Assembly (NCBI GenBank): GCA_036274155.1
Contig: DASUGH010000041.1
Coordinates: forward strand, 46,373 to 110,372
Source of the DNA: Vicinamibacterales bacterium
Lineage (GTDB): Bacteria > Acidobacteriota > Vicinamibacteria > Vicinamibacterales > UBA2999
Direction: 5' to 3'
DNA: 64,000 bases
The translations under genes were made by a program, and so were the position numbers. Position 1 is the stretch's first letter. Each line of letters starts with the position of its first letter. Shown piece by piece: positions 34,261-42,573 of the stretch. The notes beneath the pieces are model-generated. The model was given only the letters and a program-made list of their open reading frames with translations, was not told where the DNA came from and searched no databases.

Positions 34261-35232
34261 ATGCGTACGGGTCGACGCATCCCTGGCCTGCCGCTCTGGG
34301 CATCGATCATCGTGCTGGCCGCAACGTCTGACGTCTACGCCCAGGCGTGGCTGCCGCCGAAGGGCAACGGCACCGTCTCCGTCCTCTTTTCGAACACTCT
34401 CTCCAAAGATCATTTCCTGCCGGACGAACGGTACGACTTCGGTCATATCGACGCGAACACGCTGCTGTTGGACGTGACGTACGGACTCACGGACCGCCTG
34501 ACGGTCAGTTTCGGGCTGCCGTTCGTGGCCTCGCGGTATCGCGGAAGTCTCCCGCATCGGCCGGTGACGCTCGACGACGGCGCCTGGCATACGACGGCGC
34601 AGGACCTGCGCTTTGGCGTGCGCTATAACGTGGTGGACGGGCCGCTGATGGTGACCCCGTTCGCCGGCAGCTTCGTGCCGAGCCGGGGGTACGAGTACTA
34701 CGCACACGCAGCGCCGGGGCGAGGGCTGAACGAGTTCCTCACGGGCGTGTCGGCTGGCCGGCTGTTCTCCGAGCTCGGCCTGGTCGTCCAGGGCAGCTAC
34801 GCGTTCGCGGTGTCGGAGCAGGCGCTCGACGTGCCGAGACGCTACAGCACGGCGTCCGTGGAGACCGGGTATTTTCTGACCCCGTCGCTCCGCCTGATGG
34901 CGACGATGTCGTCGCGAATCGGCCACACGGGCATCGACCTCGCGCCCAACAGCGGCGTCGTGCTTCCGCCCGAGGTCTTCCGGCATCACGATCAGATCTC
35001 CCGCGAGACGTTCATGAACTTCGGCGGCAGCGTCGGTTTTTCGCTGACCGATTCGATCGACCTCTTTGGCGGGTATACCGTGACCGCGATGGGACGCAAC
35101 ACGCACGCGACGAACCGCGGACTGTCGCTGGGAATAGCCTGGGGATTCGGAAGCCCGGGCGCCTCGGCGTCGGCCGTTACCGCCAGACGCGAAGGTGGAC
35201 TCATCAAGTGCCTCTGCCAGAAGGCGGGCTGA
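34261..35232 (+). CDS. Outer-membrane beta-barrel protein, family unassigned
   Basis: Signal peptide ...LAATSDVYAQA, an alternating amphipathic-strand pattern, and a near-C-terminal LSLGIAWGF strand. Resembles MetA-pathway/transporter-type barrels in shape only. Confidence 0.6.
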   Translation: MRTGRRIPGLPLWASIIVLAATSDVYAQAWLPPKGNGTVSVLFSNTLSKDHFLPDERYDFGHIDANTLLLDVTYGLTDRLTVSFGLPFVASRYRGSLPHRPVTLDDGAWHTTAQDLRFGVRYNVVDGPLMVTPFAGSFVPSRGYEYYAHAAPGRGLNEFLTGVSAGRLFSELGLVVQGSYAFAVSEQALDVPRRYSTASVETGYFLTPSLRLMATMSSRIGHTGIDLAPNSGVVLPPEVFRHHDQISRETFMNFGGSVGFSLTDSIDLFGGYTVTAMGRNTHATNRGLSLGIAWGFGSPGASASAVTARREGGLIKCLCQKAG

Positions 35233-35243
35233 AGCGCGCGACG

Positions 35244-35930
35244 CTACCGTGGTCTGCCTGTCTGCTTCCGTCGCACCGGGAGCTCCGTCTTCGAATGCGT
35301 CTCCGTACCACCTGTCTCGGCGTCGTGCGACAGCCGGAACGTCATCAGGCAGGATCCCAGACGGACGCGGTTGCCGTCCGCCAGCCGGACCGGCTTCGTG
35401 ACCGCGACATCCTCCAGAAACGTTCCGTTCTTGCTCCCGAGATCTTCGAGCCAGGCTTCCTCGGCGAGACGGATGTTCGCATGACGACGCGACACGGTAC
35501 TCGAGGGCAGCGCCACGACGTCGTCGTCACCCCCGCGGCCGAGGACGTTGTCGCCCTCGAAGAGCCGCAGCCGCTCATCGGCGCCAATCAGCCAGCCGCG
35601 AACCCGGCGTCCCGACGACGGCTTGCCGTCGGGAGCAGCAATGAATGCGTAGCCGAACCCGTGCACGGTCCGGATGAACGTCGGGCGGTCGGCCTCGTCT
35701 CCGAGCGCGCGGCGAAGCTCGGACACGAGGCTGTGGAGCGTGACCTCGGCGACGAACGTTCCCGGCCAGAGCCGCGCGTGGATCGTCGCTTTCGACACCG
35801 CCTCAGGATGCTGCTCGATGAGCAGCGCCAGCAGGTCGAAGGCCTTGCGGGTGAGTGGAATCTGGTGCGTACCGCGACGGAGCTGCCGGGAGCCGGTGTC
35901 GAAGTGGATGTCGCGAAACGTCAGTTGCAT
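35244..35930 (-). CDS. Transcriptional regulator, winged helix fused to an FHA domain (paralog of 30105..30818)
   Basis: The wHTH reads LTRKAFDLLALLIEQHPEAVSKATIHARLWPGTFV...IRTVHGFGYA. The FHA domain reads NVLGRGG...VSRRHANI...LEDLGSKNGTFL. By eye, about half the positions in the aligned blocks are identical to the paralog. Confidence 0.8.
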   Translation of the reverse strand: MQLTFRDIHFDTGSRQLRRGTHQIPLTRKAFDLLALLIEQHPEAVSKATIHARLWPGTFVAEVTLHSLVSELRRALGDEADRPTFIRTVHGFGYAFIAAPDGKPSSGRRVRGWLIGADERLRLFEGDNVLGRGGDDDVVALPSSTVSRRHANIRLAEEAWLEDLGSKNGTFLEDVAVTKPVRLADGNRVRLGSCLMTFRLSHDAETGGTETHSKTELPVRRKQTGRPR

Positions 35931-35971
35931 GACGTGCCGGGCGCGAGACGGCGCCGAGAAGGGAGCTTAGC

Positions 35972-36490
35972 ATGCCGATAAACGGTTGCGCACGCTGGGT
36001 CGGCGCCGCCATCGTGGCGTCCGCACTTGCTGTGTGCGGAGCTGACACCGGAATCGCGGCCGCCGACGACAAGGCGCTCTCGTTGCAGATGCCGAGCGCC
36101 GAAGGACGCTCCCTGCGCCTCTCGGACCTCAAAGGCAAGGTGGTGCTCGTCAAGTTCTGGGCAAGCTGGTGCCCGCAGTGCCAGGAGGCGTACCCGAAGC
36201 TGGCGGAGCTGCAGCGTGAGCTCCGTCCACGCGGAGTCGAAATCGTCGCCATCAGTGTCGACGAGCAGCGCAAGAACGCCACGGCATTCCTCGCGACCCA
36301 CCCAAGCGACCTGCTGGTGACGTTCGATCCCAGGGGACGGGTGCTCGAGGCGTTTGGTGCCTCGGCCATCCCGGCCTCCTTCGTCCTCGACCGCTCCGGA
36401 ACGGTGCGCTACCGGCATTCCGGGTACACCGCCGAAAGCCTCGCGGCGTATCGACGCGAGATCGAAACGCTGCTCTCGTTGCAGGACTGA
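35972..36490 (+). CDS. TlpA/ResA-like periplasmic thioredoxin (redoxin family)
   Basis: Signal or lipoprotein-like N-terminus (ALAVCG). Active site FWASWCPQC. The segment AIPASFVLDRSGTV is typical of AhpC/TSA-redoxin folds. Confidence 0.85.
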   Translation: MPINGCARWVGAAIVASALAVCGADTGIAAADDKALSLQMPSAEGRSLRLSDLKGKVVLVKFWASWCPQCQEAYPKLAELQRELRPRGVEIVAISVDEQRKNATAFLATHPSDLLVTFDPRGRVLEAFGASAIPASFVLDRSGTVRYRHSGYTAESLAAYRREIETLLSLQD

Positions 36491-36737
36491 ACCTTCGCCA
36501 CCCTCTTCCAATTTTTCACTGACCCGCCTTCAGCCCGGGCCGGCGGAGCACATCCCGGGGCCGCTCTCATACGCTCGCAGCCACTGATCGAGGTGAGAGC
36601 GGCGCCAGCGTGATTCGCGTCTAGGCCCTGAGCGAACCTGAGTTGAGCCCGTCACCGCCGGTTTTGCGCCCAGAGCATTGGCGCGAAACAGGGGGGCTTG
36701 GCTCAACACAGGTGAGTCGAAGGGTAGAATACGCGCC

Positions 36738-38162
36738 ATGAGATCCCTTGCGCGCGTCGGGATGTGGCTCAAGGTCGTCGGCGGGCTGGTCCTCTTCGTC
36801 AGCGCCGCCGTAGTCGGTCAGGAGAAGGCTGCTGAAACAGCCGCAGGTCCGGCGACGAGCGGCGTCGGGTTGATCCGAAACGATCCGGGCGCGTTCCAGG
36901 GATACACGCTGCTGTCTCCACTGCAGTCGAAATCGACGTTCCTCATCGACATGCAGGGTCGCGTCGTCCGCTCGTGGGACACGGACGCCACGCCGTCGAG
37001 CATCGCGTATCTGCTGGAGAACGGGAACCTGCTGCGCCCCTCGCAGCTGGCGAACCCGCCGTTCGGCGGCCGTACTGCCGGCGCCGGCGGCAAGGTGCAG
37101 GAGATCTCCTGGAACGGAGAGCTGGTGTGGGACTTCACGTATGCCACCAGCACTGTCGTGCCGCATCACGATCTGACGCGGCTCCCGAACGGAAACGTGC
37201 TGATGATCGTGGAAGAGAAGAAGACCGCCGAGGAGGCGATCGCCGCCGGACGCATTCCGGCAAGTGTCGAGGGTGGAGAGCTGCATGCCGACGCGCTCAT
37301 CGAGATCAAGCCGACCGGCAAGACGACTGGTGACGTCGTGTGGGCCTGGCGTCTGTGGGATCACCTGATTCAGGACCACGACAAGACGAAGGCGAACTTC
37401 GGCGACGTCGCCGCCCATCCCGAGCGCGTCGATCTCAACTTCACCGTGAAACCTGGAGGGCGCGGCGGCGCCGACTGGACGCACTTCAACTCGGTGGCGC
37501 ACAACGCGGAGCTCGATCAGATCGTCGTCAGCCTGCGGAACTTCAGCGAGATCTGGATCATCGATCACAGCACGAGCACGAAGGAGGCCGCGGGAAGCAC
37601 GGGCGGTCGCGCCGGCAAGGGCGGCGACCTCCTCTACCGGTGGGGCAATCCGCAGGCCTATCGTGCCGGGACCGTCGCCGATCGGCGGCTGTTCGGGCAG
37701 CACAATGCGCACTGGATCCCGAAAGGGCTGCAGGGCGCGGGGCACCTGCTCGTCTACAACAATGGGGACGGACGTCCGCAGGGTGCGTACTCGACCGTCG
37801 ACGAGATCGTGCCGCCGGTGGATGCGCGCGGCCGATATACGCTGACGCCGGGTGGAAAATACGGCCCCGAGAGCACCGCGTGGAGCTACTCGGCGCCGAA
37901 TCCCACCGACTTCTACTCGTTCAACATCTCAGGAGCGATGCGCCTGCCGAACGGAAACACGCTCATCTGCGCGGGCGCGCCGGGGATCGTCTTCGAGATC
38001 ACGCCGGACAAGAGAGTCGTGTGGCAGTACAACCTGCCGCAGTGGGGCACCGGACGCAACGGCCGCAACGTATTCCGAGCGCTCCGGTTCGCGCCCGATT
38101 ACCCCGGACTGCGCGGTCGACAACTCACTCCCGGGAAGCCGCTCGCCGAACTGGGCGGGTAG
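36738..38162 (+). CDS. Arylsulfotransferase (ASST)-family beta-propeller protein, secreted
   Basis: Signal peptide MRSLARVGMWLKVVGGLVLFVSAAVVG. Motifs present are G.TL.SP......FLIDM.G.VV..W, HHD...LPNGNVL and W.W..WDHL.QD. An alternative start at ATG 36678 is possible. Confidence 0.75.
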   Translation: MRSLARVGMWLKVVGGLVLFVSAAVVGQEKAAETAAGPATSGVGLIRNDPGAFQGYTLLSPLQSKSTFLIDMQGRVVRSWDTDATPSSIAYLLENGNLLRPSQLANPPFGGRTAGAGGKVQEISWNGELVWDFTYATSTVVPHHDLTRLPNGNVLMIVEEKKTAEEAIAAGRIPASVEGGELHADALIEIKPTGKTTGDVVWAWRLWDHLIQDHDKTKANFGDVAAHPERVDLNFTVKPGGRGGADWTHFNSVAHNAELDQIVVSLRNFSEIWIIDHSTSTKEAAGSTGGRAGKGGDLLYRWGNPQAYRAGTVADRRLFGQHNAHWIPKGLQGAGHLLVYNNGDGRPQGAYSTVDEIVPPVDARGRYTLTPGGKYGPESTAWSYSAPNPTDFYSFNISGAMRLPNGNTLICAGAPGIVFEITPDKRVVWQYNLPQWGTGRNGRNVFRALRFAPDYPGLRGRQLTPGKPLAELGG

Positions 38163-38183
38163 CGGCGATCGCGAGCGAAAAGA

Positions 38184-38248
38184 GTCCGGCTGAAGCCGGA
38201 CACGACTGTGCGGTTTCGCCGCCCGCAGAACCGAGCTTTCGCTCGGTC
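38184..38248. repeat. Two REP-like hairpins
   Basis: GTCCGGCTGAAGCCGGAC (38184..38201) and GCAGAACCGAGCTTTCGCTCGGTC (38225..38248) lie downstream of the ASST-family gene. Confidence 0.7.
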
Positions 38249-38280
38249 AGACAGTTTGAGCAACGAAACCGGAGTCCACC

Positions 38281-39003
38281 ATGTCGACTGACCAGAGTCG
38301 GCCGGATGGCCAGCAGCTCGTGAGCCTGGCCGACGAAGAGGCCGTCAAGGAAATCCTCTCCACCACCATCATGGGCCTGTGGGAGCTGGTCAACAATCTC
38401 ACCCGGCTGCGGCCGTCACGTCGCGACCGCTACCGCGTAGCCATTTTCGGCTCCGCCCGCGCGCAGCCCGGCACGTTCGTCTACGACGAGGTCAAGCGCG
38501 TGGCGGCTGCGTCTGCCGCGCTCGGATGCGACATCGTCACCGGCGGCGGACCAGGCCTGATGCAGGCGGCGAACGAAGGAGCGGCCAGCGCCGGTGTCGA
38601 CGTGAAATCGATGGGCATCCGCGTCGACCTGCCGTTCGAGCAGGAGGTCAATCCGTTCGTGGCGCAGGCCTTCGAGCACAAGACGTTTTTCACCCGGCTG
38701 CACCATTTCGTGATCGCCAGCGATGCATTCGTCGTGGTGCCCGGCGGCATCGGCACCGTCCTCGAGATGCTGATGATCTGGCAGCTCCTCCAGGTGCGTC
38801 ATGTCAAGGACGTCCCGTTGATCCTCGTGGGGAAGATGTGGCGCGGCCTCGTCGACTGGGCGCAGGCGAGCATGCTCGACCCGCGTCTCCACCTCGCAAA
38901 CGCCGACGACCTCCGGATTCCGCAGTGCCTCGATACCGCGGACGAAGCCATCGCCGTGGTGCGCGCCCTGCACACGAAGTGGCTGACCGAGCAGCGAGCG
39001 TAG
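38281..39003 (+). CDS. LOG-family (TIGR00730-like) Rossmann-fold nucleotide-binding protein
   Basis: Contains FGSAR, GGGPGLM.AANEGA and the PGGIGTVLE signature (PGGxGTxxE). Confidence 0.8.
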   Translation: MSTDQSRPDGQQLVSLADEEAVKEILSTTIMGLWELVNNLTRLRPSRRDRYRVAIFGSARAQPGTFVYDEVKRVAAASAALGCDIVTGGGPGLMQAANEGAASAGVDVKSMGIRVDLPFEQEVNPFVAQAFEHKTFFTRLHHFVIASDAFVVVPGGIGTVLEMLMIWQLLQVRHVKDVPLILVGKMWRGLVDWAQASMLDPRLHLANADDLRIPQCLDTADEAIAVVRALHTKWLTEQRA

Positions 39004-39050
39004 CCGGAAACCGAGGCCTTGCGGGATCTGATCCCGAACGAAGCTCGTCG

Positions 39051-39079
39051 TTGACACTCGAATCAGCGTGGGCGATGAT
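39051..39079 (+). promoter_or_regulatory. Candidate sigma70-type promoter for the radical-SAM operon
   Basis: TTGACA (39051..39056), a 17-nt spacer, then GATGAT (39074..39079), 44 nt before ATG 39124. Found by pattern match only. Confidence 0.4.
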
Positions 39080-39123
39080 CGCCGCCGCCGAGTCGTCTGT
39101 CTCTTCCGGCCTGCCGAGGGATC

Positions 39124-40290
39124 ATGGCACTTCATACCGACGTCTACGGCTACCTCGTTCCTCGTCTGAGAAACCATCCGCACCTGTGGAAGGTCGCGAA
39201 AGAGGTCCACTCGCTTCCTGGCCTCGCTCGCCATTCCGTCGCTCGCGCCGTGCCACAACTGATTGGCCCGCAACCGCGAAAGCTCCACGTTGCGGTCACC
39301 GCGTACTGCAACTTGCGGTGCCTCGGCTGCCGATATGGGCGCGACTTCATGCCGAACTCACAGCTCGAATTACCGATGGTGCGCGAGCTGCTGGACGACG
39401 CGAAGGCGGCAGGCGTGGAGACGGCACGGCTGTACGGGGGCGAGCCGCTTCTCCATCCCGATCTTCCGAAGATGGTCGAGCACAGCGTCTCGCTGGGGTT
39501 ACGGACCTACGTGACGACCAACGGCATCTTGTTGAAGGAGAAGATCGACGACTTGTACAGCGCCGGACTGCGCGAGATCAGCATCGGGTTCTACGGCGTC
39601 GGCGCCGAATACGACCGCTACGTGCAGCGTCAGGCGCAGTTCGACAGGCTGGAGCGCGGCGTCTCGTATCTGAGGCACCGTTTCGGCCGGAAGGTGCAAG
39701 TCCATCTGAACTGGCTCCTCATGCGCCCTTCCTGCAACCTCGCGGCGCTCGGCCAGGCATACGATTTCGCGGAGAGATACGCCCTGTCGCTCAGGGTCGA
39801 CCTGGTGCACTACTCACTGCCCTACTTCACCGAAGGTCCAGACCGGATGCTGCAGTTCCGCCCCGAGGATCAACGGCAGATCGAGGCGGTCGTGTCAGAG
39901 CTGATTCGTCTCAAACAGGAGCGTCCCGAGCGTATCTCTGACAGCCTTCGGCATCTGCGCTCGATTCCCGACTGGCTTCTCAAAGGTCCGGACATGCGCG
40001 TGCCCTGCGATGCGTACCGGCTTCTCTGGGTGGGCGCCGACGGGACCACGCAGCTGTGCTATGTGACGTTTCGGCTCGGCAATCTGCACGAGATGCGGCT
40101 GCGAGACATGATGTTCACCAGGGCACACCGGCAGGCCGCACGCGACGCGTATGCGCTCAACTGTCCGAACTGCCACTGCGACGCGTCGGATCGGATCAAC
40201 AAGGACTTCTCCAGCCGGCTGAAGTACGGGACGCGGCAGCAATTCGAAAGCGAGAGCTACCGGTCTCCAATCGCGGTCGAATCGCTCTGA
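39124..40290 (+). CDS. Radical SAM enzyme with a SPASM/twitch-like Cys-rich C-terminus
   Basis: The CxxxCxxC cluster sits in VTAYCNLRCLGCRY, and GGEPLL follows. The C-terminal region VPCD...ADGTTQLCY....LGNL......M.......CPNCHC is typical of auxiliary-cluster domains. Confidence 0.8.
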   Translation: MALHTDVYGYLVPRLRNHPHLWKVAKEVHSLPGLARHSVARAVPQLIGPQPRKLHVAVTAYCNLRCLGCRYGRDFMPNSQLELPMVRELLDDAKAAGVETARLYGGEPLLHPDLPKMVEHSVSLGLRTYVTTNGILLKEKIDDLYSAGLREISIGFYGVGAEYDRYVQRQAQFDRLERGVSYLRHRFGRKVQVHLNWLLMRPSCNLAALGQAYDFAERYALSLRVDLVHYSLPYFTEGPDRMLQFRPEDQRQIEAVVSELIRLKQERPERISDSLRHLRSIPDWLLKGPDMRVPCDAYRLLWVGADGTTQLCYVTFRLGNLHEMRLRDMMFTRAHRQAARDAYALNCPNCHCDASDRINKDFSSRLKYGTRQQFESESYRSPIAVESL

Positions 40291-40296
40291 CCGTCG

Positions 40297-41262
40297 ATGC
40301 ACGACCTCGGTGAGCGCTCCCTGGTTCTCTGCGCGCGGTTCTACTGGGTGACGACGCGTCTCGTGGCGCGCTACCTCCTCCTGCCGATCGTGTTTCGATC
40401 CTGGCGCCGGAAGAAGGCCCGGCTTTCGTCGCCGGCGAGCCGGCGCACCCCGTTGGCCGAGCTTGGGCTCGACTCAGATCAGCTCAGCGCGGTGACCGCT
40501 CGCTTGCAGACGCAATCGCACGTGGTACTCGGCGAATTCGACCGCGACAGCCTGCTGCACCCTCACGTCGGACCACTCCCGGGCATACATGACGTGACCG
40601 ACGAGTTTCAGCCGCGCCGCAACACGCGTCTGCAGCTCGTGGCAACGGCCGATGGCGTCGGCGTCAGGAAGTACCACCAGAACCGGTGGCGTTTTCTGTG
40701 TGAACTTCGCGCCCTGCAGGCGCTGGAAGCGACCGATAGCCGCATCCCGTCCGTTCTCGACGCCGACTTCGAGCATCTGGCCATCACATCGACGTTCATT
40801 CCTGGCACGGTGCTCACCGAGAGGCTTGCGGCCCACTCACCCGGAGTACGCGATCGCGACGTGCGGACGCTCGACGTTTATGAGGGGATCGGCGGACGCA
40901 GGCGTTGGCGGGCGCGAATCAAGGAAGGGAATCGCGTTCTTCATCGAGCGGTCCCACGCGATTTCGGTCGGCAGGTGCTCCACGAGCTGCAGCGGATTCA
41001 CGCCGCGCGCGTGATCTGGGGCGACGTCAAGTTTGGCAACATCATCGTGGATCGTCCCGCGCAAAGACCGTGGTTGCTCGATTTCGACTACGCTGGCCAT
41101 CTTCCGCGTCTCTGGGAACCGTTGTTCCGAGCCTTGTGCCGCAGAGAGCTCGCGTATTTCGAGCTTCACTTCGGCAAGGACGCGCGCTGCGCCAACGGCG
41201 CATCCGATGGCGGCGGCGCGCAGCCGCTCGACGGCCTGCTCCGCCCAGGCAACGCACCCTGA
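40297..41262 (+). CDS. Atypical protein-kinase-like fold protein (Kdo/WaaP/RIO-like)
   Basis: Starts 6 nt after the radical-SAM stop. VRKY (candidate ATP Lys), CELRAL (candidate Glu), catalytic-loop-like VIWGDVKFGNIIVD (W in place of the usual H), and LLDFDYA (DFD metal-binding motif). Confidence 0.6.
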   Translation: MHDLGERSLVLCARFYWVTTRLVARYLLLPIVFRSWRRKKARLSSPASRRTPLAELGLDSDQLSAVTARLQTQSHVVLGEFDRDSLLHPHVGPLPGIHDVTDEFQPRRNTRLQLVATADGVGVRKYHQNRWRFLCELRALQALEATDSRIPSVLDADFEHLAITSTFIPGTVLTERLAAHSPGVRDRDVRTLDVYEGIGGRRRWRARIKEGNRVLHRAVPRDFGRQVLHELQRIHAARVIWGDVKFGNIIVDRPAQRPWLLDFDYAGHLPRLWEPLFRALCRRELAYFELHFGKDARCANGASDGGGAQPLDGLLRPGNAP

Positions 41263-42392
41263 CGCGCGCCACGTGCAGGGTGTCCGGCCAGCACCGGGCG
41301 TGCGAAGCCAGCCAGCGCGTGAACAACCGTCCCGGGGTATCCGTTTTCCAGCATGAGGTGCCTGAGATCGCGTGTCCTGGCGGGAAGGTTGCCGCGAATG
41401 CCGTCGTTCGCCTGCAGGATGAGGGCGGCGCCCATTCCGGCAGCCTTGCGGACCACCGCCGCCATGTCCTGCCCGGGCAGATAGTAGAGTGAGCAGAACG
41501 CCGTCACGACGTCGAAGACGCCGAGATCCTGCTGCAGAAACACGCGCATGTCGCTGGTGAGGACCGTGAAGTCGTATGGATGCATGTCGCGCCAGGAGAG
41601 AATCTCTCCGTGAAGGCGGGCCGCATCGGCGATCTCTGGCGAGACTTCCACGCCGAGAACCCGACTCGCGCCAGCGCGAAGCATCATCAGCGAGAGCGCA
41701 CCGTTGTTGCAGCCCAGATCGAGCACGCGCTTGCCCGCCACGAGCGGCGACACCACCGGCAGGTTGCAGTATTCCCAGCGGCCGGTTCCACTGTCGGTCG
41801 ATGCAACCTGTCCGACGACGAGGCCGTGGCCGAAATCGATCGGTGCGTAGTCGCGATACGCGTGGGGAAGCCGCGCTGTGATCGTCCTGAGTGCCGTACG
41901 CGCACGTTCCTCCGTCATCAGCTCGGCGTTGAAGCGGCGGTTGAACGCCACGCGGTCTGCGTCGCGTCCGGCGAAGTACGACGCGCTCCCCTGCCTGAAT
42001 ACACGCGCATCCGGGAGATGTGCGAACCGCAGGTCTCCGTCGACCTGAAGGACATCATCGAAGCCCGCGGCCAGACCGGTGACGCCGGCGCGATGCGCTC
42101 GATCCAACAGCGGCAGAACGTCCGCTCCAGCGACGACGGCACGGACCGCACGCGTTCCGCGCGCCGCCAGTACGCCGATGGCCTCCAATTCCCCCGGCGA
42201 CGGCCGCCGACTCGACACGCGGGCCGCGCCTGCAAAGAGTCGCCGGGCCGGACGCGCGGCGCGCGGTCCCCACGCAAACCGATAGAGCGTCCACGGAGCA
42301 GCGACGCCCGTCACAAGGTAGCGGAAATAGCTCACGCCGCGGCGCCGTACGACTGTGACAAGGCCCTTTGCCACCCGTCGAATCTCTTGCAT
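41166..42392 (-). CDS. Class I SAM-dependent methyltransferase (CmoB/DUF1698-like) with an unknown N-terminal domain
   Basis: The segment RWEYCNLPVVSPLVAGKRVLDLGCNNGALSLMMLRAGASRVLGVEVSP contains motif I. An acidic post-I residue and an FDVV motif are present. The start is ATG 42392 or 42422. The 3' end overlaps the convergent gene by about 97 nt. Confidence 0.7.
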   Translation of the reverse strand: MQEIRRVAKGLVTVVRRRGVSYFRYLVTGVAAPWTLYRFAWGPRAARPARRLFAGAARVSSRRPSPGELEAIGVLAARGTRAVRAVVAGADVLPLLDRAHRAGVTGLAAGFDDVLQVDGDLRFAHLPDARVFRQGSASYFAGRDADRVAFNRRFNAELMTEERARTALRTITARLPHAYRDYAPIDFGHGLVVGQVASTDSGTGRWEYCNLPVVSPLVAGKRVLDLGCNNGALSLMMLRAGASRVLGVEVSPEIADAARLHGEILSWRDMHPYDFTVLTSDMRVFLQQDLGVFDVVTAFCSLYYLPGQDMAAVVRKAAGMGAALILQANDGIRGNLPARTRDLRHLMLENGYPGTVVHALAGFARPVLAGHPARGARQGALPGRSRPSSGCAPPPSDAPLAQRASLPK

Positions 42393-42573
42393 CGCAGATA
42401 CCGTCGGTGCCTGAGACCGCAATCCTCACACGGTTGGGCCTGGCCGGTATAGCGACCGTCCAGGGACGACCGGCGAAGGAGAGGGACATCCGCGCCGATA
42501 AAGACACAGGGGCGTGACGGGGTAGGATTGCTCGTCCTGGCACCAATTTTCACGCCCGAAGAGACCCGCTGAC

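Noticed and set aside
36678-36737. Alternative upstream ATG for the ASST-family gene.
   Set aside because: It cannot be excluded. However, the added 20 residues (MARNRGAWLNTGESKGRIRA) precede a complete signal peptide that starts at Met 36738, so I preferred the shorter form.
39003-39123. Search for a small precursor-peptide ORF next to the radical-SAM/SPASM-like gene, under the hypothesis that this is a RiPP cluster.
   Set aside because: Neither this spacer nor 42423..42573 contains an ATG/GTG-initiated ORF with an SD-like sequence. I therefore do not call the cluster a RiPP locus.
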